DNA of 64,000 nucleotides from contig WTBT01000058.1 of NCBI GenBank assembly GCA_013138965.1, positions 815-64,814 of the forward strand. Reading direction: 5' to 3'. Below the pieces are notes generated by a model that saw nothing but the letters and a program-made list of their open reading frames with translations, was not told where the DNA came from and did not search any database. Source of the DNA: Candidatus Aegiribacteria sp. Lineage in GTDB: Bacteria > Fermentibacterota > Fermentibacteria > Fermentibacterales > JCC-6. The stretch's first letter is position 1, and each line of letters begins with the position of its first letter. The position numbers and the translations under genes were made by a program. Positions 48,372-59,288 of the stretch are shown in pieces.

Positions 48372-49787
48372 TTAATCTGTTTCTGTAGTGTTGTCTGCCT
48401 CGAAGCGGGATCTGATAAAATCCCAGGTGGGTTCATCCAGAAGATCAACTTCCCGTTCATCGATCTGGATCGTTCCAAGTTCAGAACGCTTCCAGTTCAT
48501 TATTACGGTGACGTTGTCATTGCTTCCGGGGATGGATCCTTCAACTCGACTGGGGAATCTCATCGGATGAGAGAAATAGACTTCCACCCTTGAAGTTTCA
48601 GGGTCAGCCGTTGTATAAGCAACGAATTTCATGGATTGAACAGCTATGGAATCCCCCCTTCTTCTGGCCGTGCGACCATCAGGGTTCTCATAGAAGATGT
48701 ATGTGGTATCGGGAATTACTTCAAACACATACTCTCCACCAAGAGGATCGATCAGTTCATCGATACAGACTTCAAGATTCTTGGGTTGTTTGGGAATAAT
48801 TACCCAGGGATATCTCTGGGCGAGGTAAGCTGCCTCCTCTTCAGCCACGCGGATCAGGTTGGACCTTGAGACCTGAAGCCTTCTCATGGCTGCGTACTCC
48901 GGGAAACTGTATACTAATTGTGTTTCGGACCAGTCCGGTTCCATGAACATGGAATCGGGGTAATCCTTTTCAAAAAACCCTCCGACAACACCGCCGTGCC
49001 TGTCGTGATTGGGGCAGGATATTGCGAATTGCGTTCCAAGCGCAAGTTTCGAATCATACATGTACACTGAATCGTAGTATCCTACTTCCCATATCGAGGG
49101 GCATACGGCAGCTACGATGGAAGAGACGGAGTCCTTCCTGGCGGGTGCAATAATGTTATTGAAGTTTTGAAGAACAGAAGCAATGGAATCAATGGAGGCA
49201 GCCAGAATTACTTCATTGCCTATCAAAGATTGTGCATTGAAACCCAGGGAGTCGTCGAAGCATTCTCCAGGGGAGAGGATATTTTCGTCATCTTCATCTT
49301 CTCCTTCGATGGCCGGATACTTCAGGATATACTCTTCCCGTAGAACTACAAGTGAATCAAGTGTGAATCCCACTCGGTCCTCTTGGTCGCTTATTTCACG
49401 CTCTATGTCCGAATGCGCATTTTGCAGAGAATCGAGTTCGTCAACGATGCTCTGGATAGCGGAAGCATTCCATAGATTCTTCCATTCATTCGGAATAAGA
49501 ACCTGCTTGGTGTTGCCGTTCCTGAATGAAACAGTAATGCTGTCATTACTTATCGAAGTTTCAAAGTAACCGTTTTCCTTGGCATAAGAGAGGAGGCTAT
49601 CAAGATCAGGAGCTGGAATTCCTTCCATCTCAAACATGTGCTGAATATTCGCTTCAGCAAGTGTCCTTATCTGTGATCGGCAGAATTCTCTGGGGACCCT
49701 GTAGGTCTCGACTCTCTGATGAATCCTGAAAATCAGAAAAGTGGCCAGTAGTACAATCAGAATTCTCACAAGAATCTTTGATCTCAT
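48372..49787 (-). CDS. Hypothetical membrane-anchored or exported protein (471 aa).
   Basis: N-terminal TM/signal ILVRILIVLLATFLIF. No recognised domain. Confidence 0.4.
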   Translation of the reverse strand: MRSKILVRILIVLLATFLIFRIHQRVETYRVPREFCRSQIRTLAEANIQHMFEMEGIPAPDLDSLLSYAKENGYFETSISNDSITVSFRNGNTKQVLIPNEWKNLWNASAIQSIVDELDSLQNAHSDIEREISDQEDRVGFTLDSLVVLREEYILKYPAIEGEDEDDENILSPGECFDDSLGFNAQSLIGNEVILAASIDSIASVLQNFNNIIAPARKDSVSSIVAAVCPSIWEVGYYDSVYMYDSKLALGTQFAISCPNHDRHGGVVGGFFEKDYPDSMFMEPDWSETQLVYSFPEYAAMRRLQVSRSNLIRVAEEEAAYLAQRYPWVIIPKQPKNLEVCIDELIDPLGGEYVFEVIPDTTYIFYENPDGRTARRRGDSIAVQSMKFVAYTTADPETSRVEVYFSHPMRFPSRVEGSIPGSNDNVTVIMNWKRSELGTIQIDEREVDLLDEPTWDFIRSRFEADNTTETD

Positions 49788-49898
49788 AGATTATTCCTCC
49801 ACAAAAAAATGCAGGTTTCTTTTGTTACTTGACTGTCCTGTTCCCAAACATCGGTCTAAATCTACCCATCTTGTTTCATACCTGTCAATACATGATTA

Positions 49899-50615
49899 CT
49901 ATTCCAGCTGCGTTATCACTTCTGCAGGCGGAACAAGTTCGGCCAAAACGTATGAGGGGCTTATATAAACGACACCTTCAGGCTTCAGAATGGTTGCGCG
50001 TACATAATCCATCCCTGGATCAACGGGTACGGTATAGCAGCTGTCTAATAGGCTGACAATTGATTCGGCACCCTTCACCTCAACCATTGGATTCGATGGT
50101 TTCGACCAGTAATACCTCACCGGTATAGCGGCAGAGGAAGTTATCGCCACTGGAAGATTTCTGACGGTATTCCTGTCTACGGTGAATTCAATGTTTCCAG
50201 GGATGAATTCCACTGCTGAAAGGCTGGAGTACCCATCTCCATCGAATACAATATTGCTGCCGGAAAGCTCTCTGGATATGCTGAGAGGGAAATCCTGGTT
50301 CTGATTACTTAGGGCTACGTTAAGCTGAATAGATTCAGGATTTCGCGTTATCTGATCGCGAAGCACACCGATTCCATTACCGGTGAAAGTTATACGAATC
50401 GAGTCACAGCTGAGATCACTGAGTACGATGAAATCAGGTGAGACGGACGGCGGCTCCAGTGGCAAAGTCTGATTGACCTCAAAGAGATTATCATCCATTG
50501 AGATTACCCACAGCATCAAGGATACAATTAAGGCCACTATCCATTGCCATAGATTTGTCCGATTCCATTTCATGAGATTTTTTGATCGATCATCAGGATA
50601 TTCCTGCCATTGCAC
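49899..50615 (-). CDS. Hypothetical membrane-anchored protein, possibly YbbR-like.
   Basis: Single N-terminal TM (LWQWIVALIVSLMLWVI) followed by beta-rich repeats. The YbbR-like assignment is tentative. Confidence 0.3.
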   Translation of the reverse strand: MQWQEYPDDRSKNLMKWNRTNLWQWIVALIVSLMLWVISMDDNLFEVNQTLPLEPPSVSPDFIVLSDLSCDSIRITFTGNGIGVLRDQITRNPESIQLNVALSNQNQDFPLSISRELSGSNIVFDGDGYSSLSAVEFIPGNIEFTVDRNTVRNLPVAITSSAAIPVRYYWSKPSNPMVEVKGAESIVSLLDSCYTVPVDPGMDYVRATILKPEGVVYISPSYVLAELVPPAEVITQLE

Positions 50616-50637
50616 ATGCTCCGGTCTGTTCTCCTTT

Positions 50638-50940
50638 TCATTCTCCAGCAGGGTTCTGGAATCCGAAGGTATTCAGGGAATCGACATCCAGTTTCCCGAA
50701 TTTTCCCTCGTAAGATTCGATCTGGGATTCCAGTGTCTTAACAAGAGCCTTCATTCTGTGGGGCGATATTATCACCCTTGATTTTAGTTTTGCTCCCTGT
50801 ACTCCGGGAACTATTCTGGCAAAATCAAGGACGAACTCGGCTCTGGAAGCTGCGATAAAGAAGACATTGCTGTATACTCCATCAGTATCAGCAGCGTCGG
50901 CGTTGATTTGAGGCGGCTGTTTTATCATCTTAGGTTTCAC
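50638..50940 (-). CDS. DUF3467-family small protein.
   Basis: GVYSNVFFIAASRAEFVLDFARI...RVIISPHRMKALVKTLESQIESYEGKFG matches the DUF3467 pattern. GTG start with an AGGAG RBS at 5 nt spacing; the upstream part of the ORF track is probably not translated. Confidence 0.45.
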   Translation of the reverse strand: MKPKMIKQPPQINADAADTDGVYSNVFFIAASRAEFVLDFARIVPGVQGAKLKSRVIISPHRMKALVKTLESQIESYEGKFGKLDVDSLNTFGFQNPAGE

Positions 50941-51000
50941 GGTTGCTCCTTTTAGCGATTGTACACAAGTTATATATAAAATATCCGGACGGGGGAATTC

Positions 51001-52017
51001 TTGATACCAGATAACAATATTGAAAACATACTCGATAGCCTGCGTGGGAAAAGGGTGCTGGTTACAGGTGACCTTATCCTTGATCATTACATTGAAGGCA
51101 GAGTCGACAGGATCTCGCCCGAGGCCCCTGTCCCCATAGTATCTCTGGAAAGAGCGGGAGAAAAATGGGTCCCCGGTGGAGCTGCCAATGTTGCGAGGAA
51201 TATCCTCTCGCTGGGCGGCATTCCTCTCATGGCCGGAACGGTAGGGGATGACAGTGAAGGCGGAATGCTTGTGGAGCTTCTTGAGAAGGAAGGCATAAAC
51301 ACTGATGCGGTTATCCTTGATTCGAGTCGGCCCACAACATCAAAAACGAGGATAATGTCCGGCGGGCACCAGCTCATCAGACTTGACAGGGAAGTTACAG
51401 AACCTGTCTCCGAGAAAATGCAGAACGAAATATCCGCTCAAATCGAGCGGATTATCGGTGATCTGGATGCCGTAGTTCTTGAGGATTACAATAAAGGTGT
51501 ACTTGCTCCTGGCCTGATATCCGGAATTTTATCAATTTCCAGGAGGGAGAACGTTCCGGTTGCAGTGGACCCCAAGTTCATGAACTTTTTCGAGTTTCGT
51601 GGATGTACGCTTTTCAAGCCCAACAGACTGGAGACATCCCTTGCGCTTGGAATGGAAATAAAAACTGTCGATGATGCGATTGAAGCCGGTGATCAGCTTC
51701 TTGACAGGCTTTCTGCCGGTTCGGTTCTCATAACTCTGGGCGGAGACGGGAGCGTACTCTGCAGGGAAGATTCTGAACCGTTCTACAGACCCTCTGCGGC
51801 AAGACATGTTTTTGATGTCTCAGGCGCTGGTGACACTGTTATTGCTGTTATGGCCCTCTCTATTGCTGCCGGCCTGCCTCTTGATGACGGTGTTAGAATA
51901 TCCAGTTTCGCCGCAGCGGCAACCTGCTCCGAACCCGGAGTTTATGCGGTCTCGCCATCCGACATCGTTAAGGAGGTGGAGCGTTATTCAAGAAGAAAGA
52001 ATACTGACCAGAACTGA
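51001..52017 (+). CDS. hldE: D-beta-D-heptose 7-phosphate kinase (HldE domain I / RfaE1, PfkB family).
   Basis: RVLVTGDLILDHYIEGRVDRISPEAPVPIV...GGAANVARN. Ends SRRKNTDQN* exactly where domain II homology begins in the +1 frame. Confidence 0.8.
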   Translation: MIPDNNIENILDSLRGKRVLVTGDLILDHYIEGRVDRISPEAPVPIVSLERAGEKWVPGGAANVARNILSLGGIPLMAGTVGDDSEGGMLVELLEKEGINTDAVILDSSRPTTSKTRIMSGGHQLIRLDREVTEPVSEKMQNEISAQIERIIGDLDAVVLEDYNKGVLAPGLISGILSISRRENVPVAVDPKFMNFFEFRGCTLFKPNRLETSLALGMEIKTVDDAIEAGDQLLDRLSAGSVLITLGGDGSVLCREDSEPFYRPSAARHVFDVSGAGDTVIAVMALSIAAGLPLDDGVRISSFAAAATCSEPGVYAVSPSDIVKEVERYSRRKNTDQN

Positions 52018-52468
52018 GGCGGAAGAACTTAGCGATAAACTTCACACCGAGGGCTGTACAATAGTTTTCACCAACGGCTGCTTTGACATCCTGCATCCGG
52101 GTCATGTACACATACTGAGAACAGCACGTTCATTCGGGGACCAGCTGTTTGTCGGGATAAATACCGATGGTTCCGTAACCAGGCTCAAGGGCAGTGACAG
52201 GCCTGTTAACGATCTGCAATCACGGATGATGCTCCTGGCAGAGCTCAGATCGGTGGATTATGTGGTACCTTTCGATGAGGATACACCGCTTCAACTGATC
52301 GAAGAGATTAAACCTGACATTCTGGTAAAGGGCGGGGATTATGAGGTGGGATCCGTTGTAGGGGCGGATCTTGTCATATCCGGAGGAGGTCGAGTTGAAA
52401 TAGTTTCTCTCCACGAGGAGTTTTCAACTACCGGTATCATCAATGCCCTCGATCGTCTTGAAGAATAG
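51944..52468 (+). CDS. hldE: D-beta-D-heptose 1-phosphate adenylyltransferase (HldE domain II / RfaE2). The start is uncertain: it is either a separate overlapping gene or a frameshifted continuation of domain I.
   Basis: RILTRTEAEELSDKLHTEGCTIVFTNGCFDILHPGH, the cytidylyltransferase HxGH motif. Frame +1 relative to domain I. Confidence 0.7.
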   Translation: MRSRHPTSLRRWSVIQEERILTRTEAEELSDKLHTEGCTIVFTNGCFDILHPGHVHILRTARSFGDQLFVGINTDGSVTRLKGSDRPVNDLQSRMMLLAELRSVDYVVPFDEDTPLQLIEEIKPDILVKGGDYEVGSVVGADLVISGGGRVEIVSLHEEFSTTGIINALDRLEE

Positions 52469-52580
52469 GCAGCCTTGACCTCAGCCCTCTGCTGGAGTAG
52501 AAAAGGCACATTCTCAGGAAAATTTATAACGCAATAATGTTAGTATTGCTTAACGTATACAATATATATAAGGAGTGTAA

Positions 52581-54650
52581 ATGACTGCTTCCCAGATAGT
52601 ATTCCGATACTTGGGACTATTTGTAGCGGTGCTGACCGGCCTTGTGGCTGTCCTCAGGTATGCGAGCCTGAAGAAGGAACCCGAGGGGAACGACAGGATG
52701 ATTCACCTGGCCGGCCTGATCCATTCCGGTGCCATGACTTACCTGAAAACGCAGTACCGCATCCTGCTGATCTTTGTCGTTGTTGTTGCGCTTGCACTGT
52801 TCTTTGGGATCGATCCTGGAACCGCGATCGCATTCGTATGCGGTGCGGGATTCAGCATGATCGCCGGTTACATTGGAATGAACGCTGCAACAATGGGTAA
52901 TGTCAGGACCACTGATGCCGCAAGGACAAGCCTTTCAAAGGCGCTGTCAGTGGCCTTCAAAAGCGGGAGCGTCATGGGGCTGGCTGTAGCGATGCTTGGA
53001 CTTCTTGGAGTCTCGCTATTCTACCTTCTTTACAGCAATATCATTCCTGCGAAGGAATTTCTTGAATCAATATTGGGAACCGTGTCTCTTAAGAATATTG
53101 CAGGTTTCGGTATGGGTGCCAGCTCCATAGCCCTTTTCGCAAGGGTTGGTGGAGGAATTTTCACCAAGAGCGCTGATGTGGGAGCTGATCTTGTAGGGAA
53201 GCTCGAAGCCGGAATACCGGAGGATGATCCCCGTAACCCGGCGGTTATCGCCGATAACGTGGGTGACAATGTCGGGGATGTTGCCGGAATGGGCGCTGAC
53301 CTTTTTGAATCCTATGTCGGCAGCATAATAGCAGCAATCGTATTGGCTTTCGGGTTCAGCCTGACCGGGATTCCCGCTGGATTGATTCCTGCAGGTTCCG
53401 GCGCATCCGCACAAACGCTCATCGCATTGCCGATAATCCTGGCTGCGCTGGGTACACTCGCCAGTATTGCGGGAGTTCTTTCGGTGAAGCTGCTCAACCG
53501 GAAGGGGAGCCCTGCCACGGTTCTGAGGAATGCAACTTTCATAAGCACCGGCCTGTCAATAGTTCTGGCTCTGGGAACCATACTCTTTTTTCAGGTCAGC
53601 ATCGGTATTTTCTGGGCTATCATTTGCGGTGTTGTCTCGGGAACTGCTATAGGTCTGATCACGGAATACTACACAAGCCGCGGACCTGTTATGAGAATAG
53701 CCAGAAGCACTAAAACAGGTCCGGCAACCTGCATAATAGAGGGAATAGCCGTTGGCATGGAATCAACGATATTCCCAATACTGTTCATAGCGGCAGCCAT
53801 TCTCGTGAGCCACCACTACGCCGGGCTTTACGGAATAGCTCTTGCTGCCCTGGGCATGCTGATGAACGTTGGGATGACTATGTCTGTAGACGCCTACGGA
53901 CCCGTAGCCGATAATGCGGGCGGTATAGCTGAAATGGCAGAACTTCCCGGGGATGTGAGGAAGAAAACCGATAAGCTTGATTCTCTAGGCAATACAACTG
54001 CCGCTATGGGCAAGGGCTTTGCCATTGGCTCTGCGGCCCTGACATCCCTTGCTCTTTTCAGCGCTTACGCTGCCTCAACCGGCCTTCAGACGATAGACCT
54101 GCTCAAATCAAACGTTGTCGCCGGCCTTCTTTTTGGCGCGCTGCTTCCTTACATCTTTGCTTCAATAACCCTGAGGGCTGTCGGCCGGACGGCCATGGAT
54201 ATGGTCGAAGAAGTGCGAAGGCAATTCCGCGAGATCAAGGGGCTCATGGAGAAAGAAAGCGAACCGGATACTCAGAAGTGTGTAGAAATAGCCACAAAGG
54301 GCGCACTCAGGGAAATGATACTGCCAGGTGTCCTTGCCGTTGTTATTCCAGTTGTCGTTTACTTTGCATTCGGTGAGGCTGGCGCTGAAACCCTGGGCGG
54401 GGTTCTTGCGGGAACCATCGTATCCGGGGTTCTTCTTGCCATTTTCATGTCCAATGCAGGCGGTGCCTGGGATAATGCCAAGAAGTACATCGAAGAAGGC
54501 AATCTTGGAGGAAAAGGAGGAAGCGAGCATGCGGCAGCTGTTATCGGGGATACCGTGGGTGACCCTTTTAAAGACACCAGCGGTCCATCGCTTAATATCC
54601 TGATAAAACTTATGACAATGGTATCCCTAGTAATTTCACAGATAAAATGA
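52581..54650 (+). CDS. hppA: Membrane-bound proton/sodium-translocating pyrophosphatase (V-type H+-PPase).
   Basis: [18 protein letters not shown] and DNVGDNVGD signature motifs. About 16 TM helices. 689 aa. Confidence 0.9.
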   Translation: MTASQIVFRYLGLFVAVLTGLVAVLRYASLKKEPEGNDRMIHLAGLIHSGAMTYLKTQYRILLIFVVVVALALFFGIDPGTAIAFVCGAGFSMIAGYIGMNAATMGNVRTTDAARTSLSKALSVAFKSGSVMGLAVAMLGLLGVSLFYLLYSNIIPAKEFLESILGTVSLKNIAGFGMGASSIALFARVGGGIFTKSADVGADLVGKLEAGIPEDDPRNPAVIADNVGDNVGDVAGMGADLFESYVGSIIAAIVLAFGFSLTGIPAGLIPAGSGASAQTLIALPIILAALGTLASIAGVLSVKLLNRKGSPATVLRNATFISTGLSIVLALGTILFFQVSIGIFWAIICGVVSGTAIGLITEYYTSRGPVMRIARSTKTGPATCIIEGIAVGMESTIFPILFIAAAILVSHHYAGLYGIALAALGMLMNVGMTMSVDAYGPVADNAGGIAEMAELPGDVRKKTDKLDSLGNTTAAMGKGFAIGSAALTSLALFSAYAASTGLQTIDLLKSNVVAGLLFGALLPYIFASITLRAVGRTAMDMVEEVRRQFREIKGLMEKESEPDTQKCVEIATKGALREMILPGVLAVVIPVVVYFAFGEAGAETLGGVLAGTIVSGVLLAIFMSNAGGAWDNAKKYIEEGNLGGKGGSEHAAAVIGDTVGDPFKDTSGPSLNILIKLMTMVSLVISQIK

Positions 54651-54910
54651 CCGGAGGCGAAGAGATGACTGAGAATGTGCTTGAATTCAACGATGAGAAC
54701 GTTAAGGCTGAAATTGAAAAGATAAGGCCTGTTCTGCAGAGGGATGGTGGAGATATCGAATTCATAGGTATCGAGGGCAAAGTGGTTAAAGTCAAACTTC
54801 AGGGCGCATGTTCAGGTTGTGCTATGGCTACCGTAACCCTTCAGTGGACCGTTGAACGAAATCTGAAGTCGGTTTTCCCGGAGATAGAGAAGGTGGAAGA
54901 CGTTCAGTAA
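54647..54910 (+). CDS. NifU-like Fe-S cluster assembly domain protein (Nfu-type).
   Basis: [36 protein letters not shown], an Nfu/NifU C-terminal domain with CxxC. Confidence 0.6.
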   Translation: MTGGEEMTENVLEFNDENVKAEIEKIRPVLQRDGGDIEFIGIEGKVVKVKLQGACSGCAMATVTLQWTVERNLKSVFPEIEKVEDVQ

Positions 54911-54974
54911 CGGATCAAACGGCGCAGCCGCGCGGAGGGCTGTAATTGAATCCCTTGCCGGTGGATATGAGAAC

Positions 54975-56114
54975 TTGAACCTTCAAGGCAGAGACAGGGC
55001 ATTCGCTCTCAAGCTCTTGAGAGAAACAACAGTATGGCGGGCCAGGCTCGACAGAGCACTGGTCCGGTTCTGTTCAAAACCTCTTGATGACCTTGACAGT
55101 GAAATCCTTGCTGCCCTGAGGATAGGAGCGGTACAGCTGATCATCCTCGGCACACCTCCGCATGCGGCCGTTTCGGCCACTGTAAGCGCTCTTTCCGGCC
55201 ACAGAGGATCAGGCCTTGTAAACGCGGTTTTGAGAAGGCTGGCGGAGGAGGGAGAGCCGGACATGGACGGAGCCCCTCTGCATGAGATCTGGTCCCATCC
55301 TGAATCACTCACCGCAAGATGGATTTCAAGGTTTGGAAGAGAAAAAACCGAGAAACTCATGGAATGGAACAACAGCGTGCCGGGTATAGGCGGCTGCCTT
55401 ATTGACCCGGAAGACGATCTCGAAAAGGGTCTTTACCTTGATGAATACAGAATCATTGAGAGAACCGGGAAGAATCCTCTTCATTCAATAACCGATAACG
55501 TTTATATACAGGATGAGGCAGCTGCAATTACCGGTAGAGCTGCCGCGGAGCTTGCCGCCGGTGGGTCCGTGCTTGAGATTGCCGCAGCCCCGGGCGGCAA
55601 GACACACCATCTTCAGGCAGCTGCGAATTTCGTTATCTCTGCTGATTCATCCTTCTCAAGGATGCGCAGATGGCAGGAGAACAGTGCCAGACTTCGGTGG
55701 CGTGACAGCATTCCGGTTGTTGCCGACGGAAGGATGCCGTCATTCAGAAGCGGTTTTGATATGGTTTTCATTGATGCCCCATGTACGAATACCGGAGTAT
55801 ACAGAAGGCGCTGCGATGCCAGGTGGAAATGGTCGGATGAATACCTTGAGAGTTCCGTTATTCTGCAGAGGGAACTTCTTCTTACTGCATGCGAACTTGT
55901 TGTGCCTGGTGGTATTCTGATATACTCAACGTGCAGCCTTGAGGAGGAGGAAAACCGTCTACAGGTTGAAATGTTCGAAAGAAGCAGGAATTATTTCCAT
56001 CGGATCTGCCTTCCCGGACCTGCTGAGCTTGTCAGGGATGGCATGATTTGCATATATCCCTTTGAACACCAAGTAGACGGTATGTTTACCGCAGCCTGGA
56101 GGAGGGATCAGTGA
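54975..56114 (+). CDS. rsmB: 16S rRNA (cytosine-C5)-methyltransferase, RsmB/Sun family (TTG start).
   Basis: SAM-MTase motif VLEIAAAPGGKT and FIDAPCTNTGV (catalytic Cys region). Confidence 0.65.
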   Translation: MNLQGRDRAFALKLLRETTVWRARLDRALVRFCSKPLDDLDSEILAALRIGAVQLIILGTPPHAAVSATVSALSGHRGSGLVNAVLRRLAEEGEPDMDGAPLHEIWSHPESLTARWISRFGREKTEKLMEWNNSVPGIGGCLIDPEDDLEKGLYLDEYRIIERTGKNPLHSITDNVYIQDEAAAITGRAAAELAAGGSVLEIAAAPGGKTHHLQAAANFVISADSSFSRMRRWQENSARLRWRDSIPVVADGRMPSFRSGFDMVFIDAPCTNTGVYRRRCDARWKWSDEYLESSVILQRELLLTACELVVPGGILIYSTCSLEEEENRLQVEMFERSRNYFHRICLPGPAELVRDGMICIYPFEHQVDGMFTAAWRRDQ

Positions 56115-56872
56115 AATCAGCTATCAGATATATTATTCTGGCCGTATCTGCCGCGATACTTGCCTTTATTACTGGTACGGTTCTGGCGCCCTCTATTTTC
56201 AGAACCCCAAGATTCATCTCATCGATCGGAGCGGCTTCAGCGCCTGTAACGGTTCCCGATGTTACAGGTCTTTCAAGACAGGACGCCCAGCGCTCCATAG
56301 AATCGGCGAACCTGATCCTTGCCGGCCAGTGGTCGGAATACGGTCCAATGGAAACCATGGGAAGTGTAATAAGGCAGGACCCGCCTTCCGGAGCAATGAC
56401 TCCGAGGGGGGCCCCGGTAAGCATTTTCTGGAATATCGGCCCGCTTTACAGACCTTATTATCCCGATTCACTGCTTGGTCTTTTCGCTGTTGAAGCTGAG
56501 GAGGAAATTGCCGACTGGCAGCTGTATTCCATCGGAAGAAGCTGGGTGCCCCATCCCTCTATTCCAGAGGGAATGGTTATCGGTGTTTCTCCAAGGCAGT
56601 ATGACAGCCTTTCGGTTACAACACCTGTAAGACTTCTTGTATCAACAGGATGGGATGGCATCCCCCGTTTTATGGGACTCCCTGTTACAGATGCCCTGGA
56701 GATCGCGGAGAACAGCAACCTCATCCTGGTGATTGAGGAGAGACTAACCGGTGATATCCTTCAGGACGGAATGGTCATAGAACAGATGATTCCCGCGGGA
56801 TCGCGATATACTCCGGGTGATTCTATCAGGCTTGTGGTTGGGAAAATAGACAACGAATGGGGAACCTGGTAA
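56111..56872 (+). CDS. Membrane-anchored PASTA-domain protein.
   Basis: N-terminal TM followed by repeated ~65 aa units beginning VTVPDVTGLS..., which is PASTA-like. Confidence 0.5.
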   Translation: MKSAIRYIILAVSAAILAFITGTVLAPSIFRTPRFISSIGAASAPVTVPDVTGLSRQDAQRSIESANLILAGQWSEYGPMETMGSVIRQDPPSGAMTPRGAPVSIFWNIGPLYRPYYPDSLLGLFAVEAEEEIADWQLYSIGRSWVPHPSIPEGMVIGVSPRQYDSLSVTTPVRLLVSTGWDGIPRFMGLPVTDALEIAENSNLILVIEERLTGDILQDGMVIEQMIPAGSRYTPGDSIRLVVGKIDNEWGTW

Positions 56873-57522
56873 TGGGAAAGGTCATGATAGCTCCTTCAGT
56901 TCTTGGGTGTGATCAGGGAAATCTTGCGGAGGAGGCCCTTGCCCTTCAGATAGCCGGAGCTGACATGATTCACCTTGATGTGATGGATGGAGTGTTTGTA
57001 CCTGTGCTTACAGTGGGTGCCGGCACCGCTGCCTCAATTATCCGGCGTGTTGACATACCGGTCGACGCGCACCTGATGGTTCAGAAACCCTCCCATCTGA
57101 TAAACGCTTTTGCGGATGCCGGATGCAGTTACATCACTGTGCACGCTGAGGTCACTTCGCATCTTGACAGACTGCTTCAACAGATCAGAACTGCAGGTTC
57201 AAGGGCCGGTGTAGCGGTGAACCCTTCGACACCCGTTGATTTCCTGAGATGGGTTGCGCCTGCGGTGGACCTTGTTCTTATCATGGCAGTCAACCCCGGC
57301 TATGGGGGACAGAAGCATCTGGATTACATACATGATAAGATACCGGAAGTAAGACATATCCTTGACTGTAACGGCGGGGGCGAAGCGCTGATATCGGTGG
57401 ACGGCGGAGTCACCGATGCAAATGCGGAGAAGCTCATATCCCGGGGAGCTGATATCCTGGTTTCAGGCTCTTTCATTACGGGTTCTCGCGATCCGGCTGC
57501 CGCAATGGAAAGACTAAGATGA
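56872..57522 (+). CDS. rpe: Ribulose-phosphate 3-epimerase.
   Basis: MIAPSVLGCDQGNLAEEA...DMIHLDVMDGVFVP, canonical RPE. TAATG overlap with the upstream gene. Confidence 0.85.
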   Translation: MGKVMIAPSVLGCDQGNLAEEALALQIAGADMIHLDVMDGVFVPVLTVGAGTAASIIRRVDIPVDAHLMVQKPSHLINAFADAGCSYITVHAEVTSHLDRLLQQIRTAGSRAGVAVNPSTPVDFLRWVAPAVDLVLIMAVNPGYGGQKHLDYIHDKIPEVRHILDCNGGGEALISVDGGVTDANAEKLISRGADILVSGSFITGSRDPAAAMERLR

Positions 57523-57854
57523 AACGGCTTGCATTCATTGCTCTGAGTGTTGCGCTTTTGTCCGGATGCACCCGCGAAAGTACACAGCTGATTGATCGGG
57601 AAGGAATAGACAGGATAAGGGGAGAACTGAATGCCCGTACCTGCCGGACAAGAATTGATTCCCTAGGTTTTGAGATTGACGGCATTCTGTATTATGCAGC
57701 TGTTGCCGAAGATGACAGGGCTCTTGTGGAATTACTTCCGGATTCGCTGCCTGTATGTCCCGATTCAGGCCTGGAATACATCATCCACGAAACCGAAGCA
57801 GAGATCACTATCACTTGCCCATCAGGGCACGAATCGCTGATAGTAGATAAATAG
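57519..57854 (+). CDS. Hypothetical lipoprotein (111 aa, Cys-rich).
   Basis: Lipobox LLSGC followed by 4 further Cys. Confidence 0.4.
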   Translation: MKRLAFIALSVALLSGCTRESTQLIDREGIDRIRGELNARTCRTRIDSLGFEIDGILYYAAVAEDDRALVELLPDSLPVCPDSGLEYIIHETEAEITITCPSGHESLIVDK

Positions 57855-57954
57855 GCTTTGTACTATTCCGTTAAATAGTGTATAGTTGCATGCTCTGTAG
57901 GATGCTGTATAAAGCAGAGTGAAGAAAACGGTTAAGGAACTGTGGAGGAACAAT

Positions 57955-59274
57955 TTGTTTGAAAATCTGACGGACAGGCTCTCCGATACTTTCAGGAAAC
58001 TGACAGGCAGGGGAGTGCTCACGGAATCTGATGTTAAACAGGCCATGAGGCAGGTGCGTCGCGCACTGCTTGAAGCTGATGTTAACTTCAAGGTTGCCAA
58101 GCAGTTTGTCAGTGATGTAAGCTTGAGGGCTACCGGCGAAAATGTCCTGAAGAGTCTCGCCCCGGGGAAACAGGTCATCAAGATAGTTAACGATGAGATC
58201 GTTAAACTTCTGGGTACCGATAGATCACCCCTTCAGCTCTCCGGTATGCCTCCTCTTGTTTATCTCCTGATCGGTCTTCAGGGTTCGGGCAAGACCACTG
58301 CGGCCGCCAGGCTCGCCTGGTGGCTTGCGGAGAAGAAGGGCAAAAGGGTCCTTCTTGCCGCCTGTGACCTTCAGAGACCTGCAGCCATTGACCAGCTTGA
58401 GAAAATAGCAGCTGATGCCGGCGCGGGGTTTTTCTGCCGCAGGGATACAAAGGATCCGGCTGCGGTTCTGAAGGGCGCCATCGATGAGGCGCGACTCAAG
58501 AGTTACGATATAGTGATATGCGATACCGCCGGTCGGCTTCATGTTGATGATGACCTTATGAGGGAGCTTGAAAGTATAAGCAGGGTTGCTCAGGCATCAG
58601 AAACTCTTCTTGTGCTCGACGGGCTTTCCGGTCAGGACGTAGTGAACGTCGCGCTGGAATTCCAGGAAAGGATCGGATTTACCGGTTCGATCATTACGAA
58701 GATGGATGGTGATTCGAGAGGTGGCGCCGCGCTTTCATTCAGGGCTGTAACCGGCAAACCGATAAAATTCCTTGGAACAGGTGAAGCTGTCGATGGTTTG
58801 GAGTCAATGGACCCGGAACGTCTTGCCGGCAGAATTCTTGGAATGGGCGATGTTGTAGGGCTGGTTGAGAAGGCTCAGGAAGTGTACGATATCAAGGAGG
58901 CGCAGAAGCTGGAGAAAAAACTCATCTCCAACTCCTTTACGCTGGAGGATTTTGCGGGAGAACTGAAACGCATCCGCAAGATGGGGTCTCTCAGTGACCT
59001 CCTGGGAATGCTTCCGAAAAACATGAGACCTTCAGGAATGGATATTGACGAGTCCCAGTTCAAAAGGATGTCCGCCATTATAAGTTCGATGACAGTCAGG
59101 GAAAGACTTCGTCCGGAGATAATAAATGGAAGCAGGAGAAAGAGAATAGCACTGGGCAGCGGCACAAAAGTGAACGATGTGAACAGGCTGCTGCGGGAAT
59201 TCAGATCAATGAAAAAAATGATGAAGCGGATGAGACCGGGAAAGGGAATAGGAATTCCCGGAATATTCCGCTGA
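57955..59274 (+). CDS. ffh: Signal recognition particle protein Ffh.
   Basis: MFENLTDRLSDTFRKL N-terminus (TTG start, GGAGG RBS at 6 nt), GTPase LIGLQGSGKTT and Met-rich M domain. The GTG at 57919 is an alternative start. Confidence 0.9.
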   Translation: MFENLTDRLSDTFRKLTGRGVLTESDVKQAMRQVRRALLEADVNFKVAKQFVSDVSLRATGENVLKSLAPGKQVIKIVNDEIVKLLGTDRSPLQLSGMPPLVYLLIGLQGSGKTTAAARLAWWLAEKKGKRVLLAACDLQRPAAIDQLEKIAADAGAGFFCRRDTKDPAAVLKGAIDEARLKSYDIVICDTAGRLHVDDDLMRELESISRVAQASETLLVLDGLSGQDVVNVALEFQERIGFTGSIITKMDGDSRGGAALSFRAVTGKPIKFLGTGEAVDGLESMDPERLAGRILGMGDVVGLVEKAQEVYDIKEAQKLEKKLISNSFTLEDFAGELKRIRKMGSLSDLLGMLPKNMRPSGMDIDESQFKRMSAIISSMTVRERLRPEIINGSRRKRIALGSGTKVNDVNRLLREFRSMKKMMKRMRPGKGIGIPGIFR

Positions 59275-59288
59275 TATGGAGGTTAAGC

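Noticed and set aside
51806-51943. Long N-terminal extension of the hldE domain II ORF (MFLMSQALVTLLLLL...), which resembles a signal peptide.
   Set aside because: It lies wholly inside domain I coding sequence in another frame, and the hydrophobic stretch is a translation artefact. Domain II homology begins only at about 51983.
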